A stretch of DNA of 63,367 bases, filler included, from Guillardia theta CCMP2712 (taxonomy: Eukaryota > Protista > Cryptophyta), in the NCBI RefSeq assembly GCF_000315625.1. It is 5 parts of 5 records of this genome, joined end to end, with 100 filler letters (N's around TTAATTAATTAA, not from the genome) between each part and the next. Parts side by side here need not be neighbours in the genome. Positions count along the whole stretch, not along the records: positions 1 to 25,423 come from NW_005434605.1; 4 more parts are not named here. One strand, 5' to 3'. Under the pieces are notes generated by a model that ran no database searches, was not told the origin of the DNA, and saw only the letters and a list, made by a program, of their open reading frames with translations. Both the position numbers and the translations under genes were made by a program. Below are positions 12,203 to 23,306 of the stretch, in pieces (position 1 is the first letter of the stretch; the number at the start of each line of letters is the position of its first letter).

Positions 12203-14705
12203 ATGCCGCCTATGATGGCGCAGGAGCTGGAGAGGTTGTCGAGCGACATGGTGAAGGCAAGGAAGGAAGAGAAGCTGCTCACGGAGCAGGGGAAGCAGCA
12301 GACCCTCACTTTCCTCGTCCAGGGACAGGAGGAGGCGCGCGTGCTCGCCCTGCGCGCCATCGTAGCTGCTCGCGCGTTCGATGGGAAGTTGGAAGGTGCA
12401 GGGAGCCTTAAAACAGTGTCGGAACATGGAGAGGGGGGAGAAGGAGAAGCAGCAGCAGCAGCAGCGGGAGAAGCTGAAGGTGACGAGGACACGATTGTGT
12501 TGAGAGACCTGAAGGTCGAGCTGCTCGAACACGCCATACACTATATGTACACGGGTAGCTTCGAGGTGGATGAAGGGAACGTGCATGATATGCTGAAACT
12601 TGGGAAGAGGATGAGCCTGCCCGGGGTCATCAACATATGCTCCTCCTTCCTCTCAGAACGCTGCAGCAGCTCGTCAGTGTGCAAGGCCCTTGCAAGCGCG
12701 GAGGCGAGCGAAGCAGCGGAGCTGAAGGAATTCTGTCTCAACTTCATGGACAGGAGCGCGAAGGACGTGCTGGGCGACCCCTCGTTCGTTGAGCTGCCGA
12801 AGGAAGTCCTGCAGGAGGTGCTGAGGAGGGACTCCCTCGAGGTGGAGGAGGTGGACTTGTTCGCAGCGGTGGTGAGGTGGGGGAAAAGGCAGGCCGAGAT
12901 TGTTGAGCAGGAGGCAAGGCGGATGGCGGAGGCTGCGGCAGAGGCAGCTCCTTCAGGGGAGGGCAACAACGAGGGGAATGAAGGAGGAGGAGGAGGAGGA
13001 GGAGGAGGAGGAGGAGGAGGAGGAGGGAAACGGGACAACCGTCCCTTCCTCGAGATCGCCCTCAGCGGGGTAATCGACCATGTTCGTTTCCCCCTCATAT
13101 CCCCTGCTGCCCTCCGGGACGTGGTCCAGCCTTCTCTGACGGTGGAGCACGAGGGGGAGAAGCGATGCGTCGCGGAGAGGTACGTGCTGGAAGGCTACCA
13201 GCACCATGCTCTCACCAAGATCGGGCAGCCCAGCAACGTGGAGGAGGAGAGGCGGCGGCCGAGGAAGAATCAGAGCTCGTCGCAGGCTGAGGTGAACAGG
13301 GAGGAAGAGGAGGAGGCAGGGAGGGTGGAAGAGGCGAGACGCCGGGCAGGCCGCACGGTGAGGTGGCTGGAGAATCTCCCACGGCAGGCGGCGCGGGTGA
13401 GCATGAGGGGGATGGGGCTGGGTTATGCGGATGCGGTGGTGACGGCAGAGCACGTGAAGAGGGGAGGGAGGAGCCTTGAGGAGATGGACCTGAAGAACAA
13501 CGACTTGGACCTGTCCTCCATGCAGGTGCTTCTCCCAGCGCTGGGAGGATGCAGCGGGCTCAAGGGGCTGGCTCTCGGGGACAACCCCATCTTCACTGTG
13601 AGGGCTCGACTGTCGAGGAGGTGAAGTACTGACGGCAGCGAGCAGAATATGGGGGAGAGAGATGTAGAGGTTGTACAAATGCTACTTGCCAACCTCAAGA
13701 CCGTCAAGCTTGAGAAGCTCGGGTTAGGGAGCACAGGGATGGACGATAAGAGCTTGAGGGGTCTGGTGGAAGTCCTTCCTAGCTTCAGGAGCCTCAAGGT
13801 CCATATCACTTCCTGCTCCCTCCTGTGGCAATACATAGTGACATGCTCCTCGTCCTCGTCCTCGTCCTCATCTTCCTCTTCTTCCTCGTCCTCGTCCTCG
13901 TCCTCATCTTCCTCTTCTTCCTCGTCCTCCTCCTCCTCCTCATCATCATCATCCGCTTTCTCCTCCTCCCACCTTCAATCCCTCCCTCCCCATTTCCTTT
14001 CTCCACCCTCGACCCTCTCCTCTTTGTTCCTATTCTCGTCTTTGTTCCCCTCCTCTTCTCCTTCCTCCTTTCCCTCTCTCTGCCTCCCTTCCATTTTCTG
14101 CCTCCTCTCTTCAGGTGTTGGGTCTCAGCGGAAATCGTCTGACCAGCGAAGGGGTCGAGTTTCTTCTTACACGCCTCCAGGTGACGTGGGGGAGGAGGAG
14201 GATGGAAATGATTCTACTGGCTGCAAGCACAAATTGAACTTGTTGCTGCAGAAACTGCGGGAGGAAGGAGCTTGTTTGAGTTTGCACACTCTTATCCTCC
14301 ATGACAACTCTATATCAGGTTGAAACCTCACCCTCTCCCCCCCACCCACCCATCCTCTCCTCCTCTTCCTCCCCTCCCCTCCCCTCCCCTCCTCTCCTCT
14401 CCTCTCCTTTCCCCTCCCCTCCTCTCCTCTCTCTCTCCTCTCCTCTCCTCTCCTTCCTGCTGCTCTACTCCAATCTCTACCACTTCATATTCTTCTCAGT
14501 ACTTATCCCCTATCGCAATCCTTGCCTTCCTTCCCCTTCCATCCACCTTAGCTCCTCGCTCCTCTCCTCTCCTCTTGCTTCTCAGTCTGCGAACTCCTTC
14601 CCCATATTTCCTTCTCCTGATCTCCTTTCCTCAGATGCGGAAGTTTCGAAGCTGCAATCTCTTTCACCAAAGGGAATGATCGTGCAGTTGAAATCCGATA
14701 GGTGA
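12203..14705 (+). CDS. BTB/POZ-BACK protein with C-terminal RNI-like leucine-rich repeats
   Basis: BTB (LALRAIVAAR...LLEHAIHYMYTG), BACK (FVELPKEVLQEVLRRDSLEVEEVDLFAAVVRW...HVRFPLI), LRRs (LEEMDLKNNDL, LKGLALGDNPI, LHTLILHDNSI). Last exon ends VQLKSDR*. The start could be 12095. Confidence 0.85.
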
Positions 14706-14989
14706 CAAGCAGTGCAATCAGGGTTTGTTTGTAGATATCCGAGGTGATATAAAGTCCGACCTCCACGCAGCATCGAGAGAAAATAAGGAGAAGGCAGGAG
14801 GAGAAGGGAAGTGAAAGTTTCGAAAGCTTGTAATCAGAAAGAACAGCTCAACTATGCCAGTCGAAACTAGAATGTATCTCTACAACTGTCAACTAAATAT
14901 GTACAAATGGTACAAAATCAATACGCACTTCCTCCCCCTCCCCTCCTTCCAGCCACCACCTCCTCGCTACCTCCGTCCCACTCCCTTGC

Positions 14990-17900
14990 TAAGAAGCTCT
15001 GTAAATCTCTGGCATGAAAACGCGTCGGGGCTCTTGAAAGGCGGCAAGGGAGGGAAGAGGAGGAGCAATTTCAACTACCACACCCTCCGTCCTCCTCCCG
15101 TTCATGATCCTACTCGCCTGTTGCTATCAAAGAAGGTCAGAATCGAGCAAGAGAAGTCAGAGAGGAGGAGGNNNNNNNNNNNNNNNNNNNNNNNNNNNNN
15201 NNNNNNNNNNNNNNNNNNNNNNNNNNNNNNNNNNNNNNNNNNNNNNNNNNNNNNNNNNNNNNNNNNNNNNNACATTGAGAATCTTGCTTCCTCCTGCCTG
15301 CTCCTCCTCTGTTCCTCCTGCCTGCTCCTCCTCTCCTCCTCCTGCCTGCTCCTCCCCTCCTCCTCCTGCCTGCTCCTCCCCTCCTCCTCCTGCCTGCTCC
15401 TCCTCTCCTCCTCCCCTGGATCCCCGACGCTGCTCTTCGAAAGAGAAGTCCGCGGTGCGTTGGAGACGGCTGGAGGAGCGAACATGAGAGGAGAAGGCGA
15501 GCTGGACTGGAAGACGGATCGCCAGTAGGAGTCAGGAGGGTTGTAGTAGTGGTGAGGGAGGTCGAGCCAGAATGTTTTGAAGTTTCCTTTGCCACGGATT
15601 GAAACCATCCCGCGGCAGACCTGACGGGAAAGTGAAAGGAGGAAGCAAACAACAGAACCAGTGAGATGGAGGGAGGGAGGGAGGGAGGGGGGAGGGAGGG
15701 AGGGAGGGAGGGAGGGAGGGAGGGAGGGAGGGAGGGAGGGAGGGAGGGAGGGAGGGAGCTGAGATAGATAGGCGGGAGGAGGCAAGGGGGAGCGAGGGGT
15801 TTTTCATCTCCTACAATGAATGACGCGAACTCGTCGTTGGCCTCGGACAAGAGCTTCGTCCTCATCTCTGCCGACAACTGCTCCCCAACGTCAACGCAGC
15901 CCAGCTGCATAGCAGCAGGGGACCCACCTGAATCCTGTTGGGTCCCGAGGTGGCCGCGAGCTGGGAAGCAACGGTGATGGTTGAGCCGAAGAGACAGTAG
16001 CGCTGCGTTTGCTTCCTGTTGCCGACGACGCTCGCGACTACCGACCCCACATGGCAACCGATCCTCAGCATGAGCGTCTCCTGTGCCCGTCCCTGGTGGA
16101 GGAGGTGGTGAGGAAGGTGCAGGTGCAGAAGAGGATGATGGGTAGGAGGAGGGAGGGATGGAGGGAGGGATGGAGGGAAGAAGGAAGAGGAGAGGGAGAG
16201 GAGGAGAGAGGAAGAGCAGCGGGAGCGAGGGAACGATGAAGGGAGGAATGGACCTCTTCATCAAGGAGTATTTCGCGGGTTGACTGCAAGAGGGCGACGG
16301 CAAACTGGGCGACAGAGGCAGCGTTGCTGTGCTGCTCGTCGTAGAGGCCGGATGCGACCTAAGGGAAGAAGAGTCAGAGGAGGAAAGGAGGAAGAAGTTC
16401 GAACGAGGAGCGTGCAAAGAGACAGGATGTCGTGGTAGGGAGAGAGAACCATGGAGGGCTGCGAGGAAAAGGAGGACGAGCAGGGAGAGGGAAAGCTGGA
16501 TCAAGGGGAGGCAGCTTACCATGCAGGTCCCCCCGTTTGTGTGGATCCGAAAGACGCCATGGAGCTTGGAGAGGTTGTCTATCGTCTCGTAGAGTTTGCG
16601 CATGAGCTCCCGAAACTTTCAGCTGAGGGTCAGCTGGTAGGCAGGTGGGAAGGAGGGAGGGGACAGAACCTTCTGGCGAGGAAGCTCCCTGGTCAGCCTC
16701 TCCATGTTCACGACGTCGGCGAAGAGGACGGAGACGTTGGAGAACCTCTCAGGGTCGACCTTGATGCCATCCAAGACCATCTTGGCGATCTGAGCCGGAG
16801 GAGCGTCAGAGGGCGGGGAGGGGGGAAAGGGAGGGAGGGTGGGAAGGGAGGGAGGGGAGGAAAGACGAGACGAGAAGGAGGAAGTGTGGGAGGAGGACGG
16901 AGAGCCTCTCAATTCCTCCCTGTCACCTTAGGAGGGAAGGAGGGAGAAGGGTTGATGCTCTGATCGGACGAGTGGCCGCTGAAGGGAAAGCTCATCGAGT
17001 AAACTTTGTCCATCTGGAAACACAGCAGCATGGCGAGGAAGAGTCAGCACCCCAAAGACTTTCATCTCCTCGTCCGCGTCCTCGTCCTCGTCCTCGTCCT
17101 CGTCCACCTACTGCTGCGCCCCAGCCCCCCTTCAAATGAGAACCTCCTCCTCGTCCTCCTTCCCCTTCTGCACAAGATTCCAGTCCTCTCCCCTATCTAC
17201 CCAACCCCTCCCTCTGCGCTGTCCCAACTCTTCTCTTCCTCGTTGATTCTCCGCCCTCCTCACCATTCGGCTCATGAAATCTGGGTCGGACGTCAGGCTG
17301 TTGATCGCGGAGACGATGGAGGTGAAGGCTGGACGTCTCTGCGGGTCTTGACACCAGCAGTCCTGAATGAGATTGATCATCTCCTGAGGGACATTCGAAT
17401 AGTCCAGCTCCGGTCTCAGCACTCCGGTCTTCACACCCTGCATGACCTGCGTTGTGCGGTGAGGAGAACGAAGGAGGGGAAGGAGCGAAGGAGGGAGGGG
17501 AAGGGAGTAGTGAGGGAGGGAGAAGGTGAGGGAGGAGAAGCGGGAATGAAGAGGAAGGCAAGTGAATGTGATCAAGAGACAGACCTGGTAGATGTTGAGG
17601 TTGTTGTAGATGTTGTCGTTGAGAGGGTGGAAGATCTCGTACATGGTAATGGCGAAAGCGTAGACATCAGTGGCTGTGGACGCCCCTCGGCCATCCAACA
17701 GCTCAGGAGCATTCCAGAATATAGTCCCCACTCGCTCTCCCTCCTTCGATCGGGCAGAAGTCATCCCAAAGTCGGAAATCTGCAGCACAAGCTTCAGCCT
17801 CCCCCTTCATTGCTGTCCCTCTCCTCCCTTCACCTTCGGGGTCAGTTTGGCATCCACCAGGACGTTGGCAGCTTTCAGATCCTTGTGGATCAGGGGAGGG

Positions 17901-20018
17901 TTGGCCAGGTGGACATACTGCATGCCAGCCGCAATGCCTGCCAACAACGATATGAGAACAGGCGGAGCGGCGGCAGCAGAGGCAGCAAGGAGGACAGAGG
18001 GCAAGTGAGATATGGCAGGGCAGCGATCGGAGATCGGAGAGGACCAATGCAAGACATGTCACCTGAGATCAAATCCATCTGAATGTCGAACGTCATGGCA
18101 AACCGATTGTTCAACATGTCACGAATGCTGCCGTACTCGAAGTACTGCATCAGCAAGAACTCCTTGCCGTACTCGAAGCACGCTCCCATGATCGGGCACA
18201 AGTTGGGATGCCTCATCGAGATCATGACCTTGACCTCGGTCATCAGTTGCGACCGGATGCTCTTGTTCAGGCCCTGGCCCCGACCGATGAGCAGCTCCAT
18301 GAGCTGCGGCTGGTCCTGGTCCTTCATCCCTGTCCCCGAGTTCGACTTCGTCAGGTCGACCTCTCCGGAAGTTCCCCTAGCACTGATCCCGCTCGAGGTC
18401 GGCGAGGAGTGGCTCACCCTGTTAGCAAGGTTCGGCTGCCAGGCGACAGAGTTCATGGCTGACTTGAGCGGCATCTGGTTGAGCTTCAACGCTTCCGACG
18501 GCGAAACCAGCCGCTTACATGCCACCACTTGACTTCGAAAGTGAACCTTGAGAACAACCCCGAACGATCCTTGCCCGAGCACCTCAGGCTTCTCCGGAAA
18601 GCTTACTTCATCCCAGCTGACCTTCCACAAGTTCTCTTTGCGACTCTTGATGTATCCCACCAGGAAGAACACCCCGATGCAAACGAGCGCAAACCCTCCG
18701 AGCGAGATCAGCACAACAGTCCCCACGTTCCTCGCAGCCCACGAGGCCCCAACATCCTGCGAGTTGCACGGGCACAAGCTCTCGACCAAACTCATGTTGG
18801 GCGCCGGCCATGATGGGAGGTCACTGCACAAAAACAGCTGCGGGAGTGATTCGCACTGCTTCCCCTGCAGCAGAGCCAACGCGTTCGTCAGAGTCAACGT
18901 GCTTCCACTCGAGTGATTGCGAACAACCCTCGTGATCGGAGCCTTCGGGAGGTCTGCGTTCGGGTTCAACTTGACGATCATCTCGTTATCCCAACACGCG
19001 ACTTTCCCTTGCAAAACCTTATCCAGGAGCGAGGCGGTCATGTTCAGCTGAACACCGATGTCCAGGTGCGCTACGACAACTACAGGCGCTGCATAGATAG
19101 GGAGCAGCATAAATCTCGTGCGCTGCTCCAGGGAAAGCGACTGGGGCGCCACGTCCACCCCCGCAAAGTCGATGCTTGCACCCAACTCAGAGAAATTGAG
19201 CAAATCCCCTCCGTTGTAGTTCACCACCGTGCTCGGCTGCAAGTTGATGGTGTAGTAGTTGTTGAGCTTCGTGAAGAGAGGAGAGAGGAGAGTAGAGCCA
19301 TAGGCCACAATCTTGGTGGTGGTCTTTGAAGTCACAGGGAATGACATGTTGGCTACCTTCTTACCATTGCACGACAGCTCTGAGATCGATTCCAACACAT
19401 AGCTTCTGATCTGAGCCGGCATCTCAACATACCAGGCATCGTTTGCAATCTTCCTGGCTTCGCTGGAGGTAACAATCCAGATCATGTACTCCTGCAACAC
19501 CTTTACCCTCAGGCACTCCTCCACGGTAGCCACTTGGAAGTTGTAAGGGAGCAGCAGGTAGGCCATCCCAACCAAGGGCCATGCACCAGGGAATAGGGCA
19601 TGAGCAAAATCTGGACACCTGGACCTCGCAAACCCAGGACACCTCTCGTTGATAATCAGCTCAGGTTGCAACGAGGCATTCACGCTGTGCATGGTGGGGA
19701 GCATGAATCCACCGTCCAGCCCTTGTACCGCTACGATCTGCAAGTTCCTGTTGTAAGATCCATCAATATATGTCGGGTAGCCTGCATAGCCTATGGAGAA
19801 GAGATTATCCCTCAACCCCTCCAAGAGGGCATTGGTCGTTTCCTGCAGCAGGAGAACAAGTCAGCAGCGAGCGGGCATGGCGCCAACGAGGAAACAACCT
19901 TGCGGACAAACAGGTCGCACACGGGGAGCGTCCCTGACTGTCCTACAACAGGGAGAATGGAAATCTGCAGGAGCAGGAGCAGGAGCAGGAGCAGCATCCA
20001 GCCCCGCGCCTTCATCAT
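14990..20018 (-). CDS. Single-pass receptor: signal peptide, PstS-like ectodomain, TM, TKL protein kinase, class III guanylyl-cyclase-like domain
   Basis: Signal [26 protein letters not shown]. PstS motifs (YGSTL, DFAGVD, GKVACWDNEMIVKLNPNADLP, RNHSSGST, AWPLVGMAYLLL). TM VGTVVLISLGGFALVCIGVFFLVGYI. Kinase GQGSFG/VACK/HKDLKAAN/DFG/APE. Cyclase VSVLFADVV...RIGCHVGSVVASVVG...RYCLFG...RGKGNFKTFWL. The 3' end crosses an N gap and is approximate. Confidence 0.9.
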
Positions 20019-20830
20019 CCGTTCGCTCCCACAGCCATGGCGGGCATACTCGGATGCTGGTTAAATGGTGGTAAACAGAGTCGAAAATGGAGTTAAATAA
20101 GCCATAAAAGAGTTAAATTAGGCTACTTCTGATGTATTCAGGTCACGGTCCATCGGTTGTCCCGTCATCAAGAAAATGATTTAATTGGTTTTAAAATTAC
20201 TTTTGGTATGTTGGAGACGAAAAATCGATTTTTGATTCAGGGCCTTAACCGAAATAATACCTTTTCATGAAAATAATAATCAAGAATCGGGGGGATGATT
20301 TGATTTCACCCCACCCTTTGATATCGTATTGAAGGGTAGTGAACAAGTTGAGGGTCGTGCAGGCATCCTAAAAACAGTTTTAAAAGTTGGTCGACAGACA
20401 GGTGGTGGTCACCATCATGGCAGAGGAAAAGGGGGTGTGACTCTATCTTTAAAAGTCTCTGCCTGGCGCATCAAGTCTCCTACTGATTTCCCAAATGCCA
20501 AAACAATATTCAAATTCTTTCTTAATCTTTGAATTACGAGGCACAGAATTAATGACAAATTTCGTACGTTTTTAGCTTGGAAAGCCGAGTAAGATGAGCA
20601 CAGCAAAAGATAGGATTTCAAGGAATCACCCCCACCCTACCATCAGACGCACGCTCTTCCGTACCCCATGCACAATGCACCCTACCACACATTGACCCAT
20701 GTCTTACCCCTAGCCTTCTTCTGTTTCCGACCCCTCAGCCACCACCCCACCTACTCTGTTGGCACCCTCTCACCTCACGGTGCCCTGACGGCCTATTTCC
20801 CAACGAGCCTCGGAGCTTCCGACTCGTCCC

Positions 20831-21245
20831 TGTGATATGCGACATCCCGGAAACCACCAGCCCTATCTCCACCCCTACCCCTTCAACACCCCGACACTAC
20901 CAGGTCACCACCCTGTAACAAGAGCACCACCCTTTGAACCCTCGGCGTCTGATTTGGCTTCACGCACAGGTCATGACCCCTTCATAAGATCATCATGCCA
21001 ACGCGCTACTGGTGACAACTCCACCCCTACCCTCCTAGTTTCAAGTACCCACCCATGGGTCGCAACCTGTACCACCCCTCACCCCCTAATTTTCAAAGCA
21101 CCGTTGACTCAGAAGGCGTGACAGTCTCAGTTGCGACCTACCGTCCGAAGTACCACAGGCTTCTGGATGACCCCACCCTATCTTGCACTCTTGCATGTAG
21201 TAAATGCACCGGGTGTTTCCAGGCTTACACCTGGGGAGTGTCACA
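20831..21245. mobile_element. Possible further degenerate LTR remnants
   Basis: TGTGA start at 20831, with TGACA (21123) and TCACA (21245) ends. Imperfect 5-bp flanks GTCCC/GTCTC around 20831-21123. Confidence 0.25.
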
Positions 21246-21726
21246 GTGTTGACCTCCGACCGTCCGACTCGAAGCTACTAGTGACAAGCAGATGGGGTGG
21301 AGCAAGAAGTGAAGAGAACAGGGCTAGAGGAGGTTGTAAGTGAACAAGAGGACCTGAACTCATGTGGGAGAACATGTCATGTACATGTCGAGCATGTCTT
21401 GGCAATGTAAGTAGAGACCAGCGCCATGGTATCCCGCCGAGCAAACTATGAGTCGTAAATGCGAGACACAAGGACGCAAATTTATATACCCTTCTGTAAG
21501 GAGATGCAGCCACAGGGTGATGTGTTGTGTCATAGAGTTATATCATACACGCTGCACGCGCCTTGTAAGCACCAAGACATTTGCTGCCCAAAGTCGTGCC
21601 CGGTACAAGGAGGATGTACAGCAGGATAGAAGACGTCTACAGGCAAATCTCAATACTACTCTGCTGGATGACACAAAGTATCAGCAACGGTTGAAGTTTA
21701 CTGGAAATTCAACGCAAACATGATAC

Positions 21727-22170
21727 TGTCATGTTGGCGACAAACAACAGGAGCGAAGAACAGCAGACAACCGCAAGTTCGTCACTCTTCACCTTTATGT
21801 GTGATCCAGCGGAGGTGCCTTGAGCATTCGCCGTGAACGTCTGCAACCCGTAAATCTTCGGAACCCGTAAATCTTCGGAACCCGTGAATCTTCGGGCAGG
21901 ACGCAGATCTAAGCGGAAGCACGAGGGATGCTCGCTCGTGCAAGAGGAGCCTCACCACCGCTGGTGATTCCCCTCGACTATAAAAGGATCGTCAACAACG
22001 GCTAAGGTGGTCTGTCCTTTTCCCTTGCTGTGTGTGTCACGAATCGATAGTGTGTTTGTGTTATCAAATAAACTTCACATCTCTACTCTTCACCTTTGTG
22101 TGTGATCCAGCGGAATGGCCTTGAGTATTCGCTGTAGAGTCTGCAACCCGTAAAGCTTCGGGGTGTGACA
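21727..22170 (+). mobile_element. Solo-LTR-like element
   Basis: Bounded by TGTCA...TGACA; internal TATAAAAG (21979) and AATAAA (22067); ~75-bp internal direct repeat (21784-21861 vs 22085-22161). No clear TSD. Confidence 0.5.
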
Positions 22171-22804
22171 GTTGTCGTCTTAGTAGTTTTTTCGCTCGAG
22201 CTCATGAAAATTGCTTCCTGCTGGGGCAAAGTCTCGCCTTTGAAGGCTATGGGGACGGTGAGAACCTTCAGGGGCAGCTGAGGGGACCGAGCGATAGTCT
22301 CCCTCAGCCAATAGATGATTCAGAGCCCAGCTCTACACGACCACCACACAATGGTAGAGGTAGGAGACACATGGGGGCAAAACGAAAAAATGCCTCCAGG
22401 AATCGCGAAGACAACAAGCTGGTCTAGACAACGATGGAAGAGTCGAGTATGCTATCAGTGTGCTCTGGCTAACTTCGACGACACTGAGGACACAAAGCTG
22501 GCAAGTAGGCAGAACCTAGCTTGCAAAACGGTCTGAGGAAAAACAGCGAAACAGAAGAGAGAGAAGTGCCACTGGCTTCACGGAGATGAGCGGAACAGCA
22601 TGAATTTGAACTATCCAGGAGGTGCCATGGTCCAACGTCCCCTCAGTGTTTAAGCTTCAGGTTCTAGCAGATTATTTTCGACATTCGTCGCTGATGGCCC
22701 TGAGATCCAACACTCCCCGCCCAAGAAGTCTTCAGCAAAGTAGCTTCAGCATCTCTTCTCTTCTTATCTCTTCTTTCTTCTCTTCCCTTCTCTTCCCTTC
22801 CCTT

Positions 22805-22946
<142 letters not shown>

Positions 22947-23306
22947 TCTCTTCTCTTCTCTTCTTTCCTCCTTGTCTTCTACTTCACTCCTCTTGCTCCT
23001 ACTTCCCTTCCCTCCCCTCCGCCACTCCAGATCTCTTATATCCATGCCCCGCTACCTATCGGGGTCCTAGGATAGTCATAGGTCCACACGGACCCCAACC
23101 TCAAAAAAAGAGAAGTTGGAAGGCATTACAAACGAGGGTGGGTGGAAGGCAGTGTTTATAAAGTAGGGGTAGGGGTACAAGTTGACTTTTAAATCAGGGG
23201 TACAAGCAAAGATTAATTGGGGTAAATTAGGGGTAGGGTAGTGGGAAAGACACAGGTAGGGGTCTACAGGACGGGGTGGTTAGGAACTCTAACGGACCAT
23301 GCGACT

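Noticed and set aside
17006-18082. 358-aa plus-strand ORF and other long antisense ORFs
   Set aside because: Shadow frames of GC3-rich coding exons on the opposite strand.
21845-21895. 17-bp repeats as a CRISPR array
   Set aside because: Contiguous repeats with no spacers, no cas genes, and a eukaryotic context.
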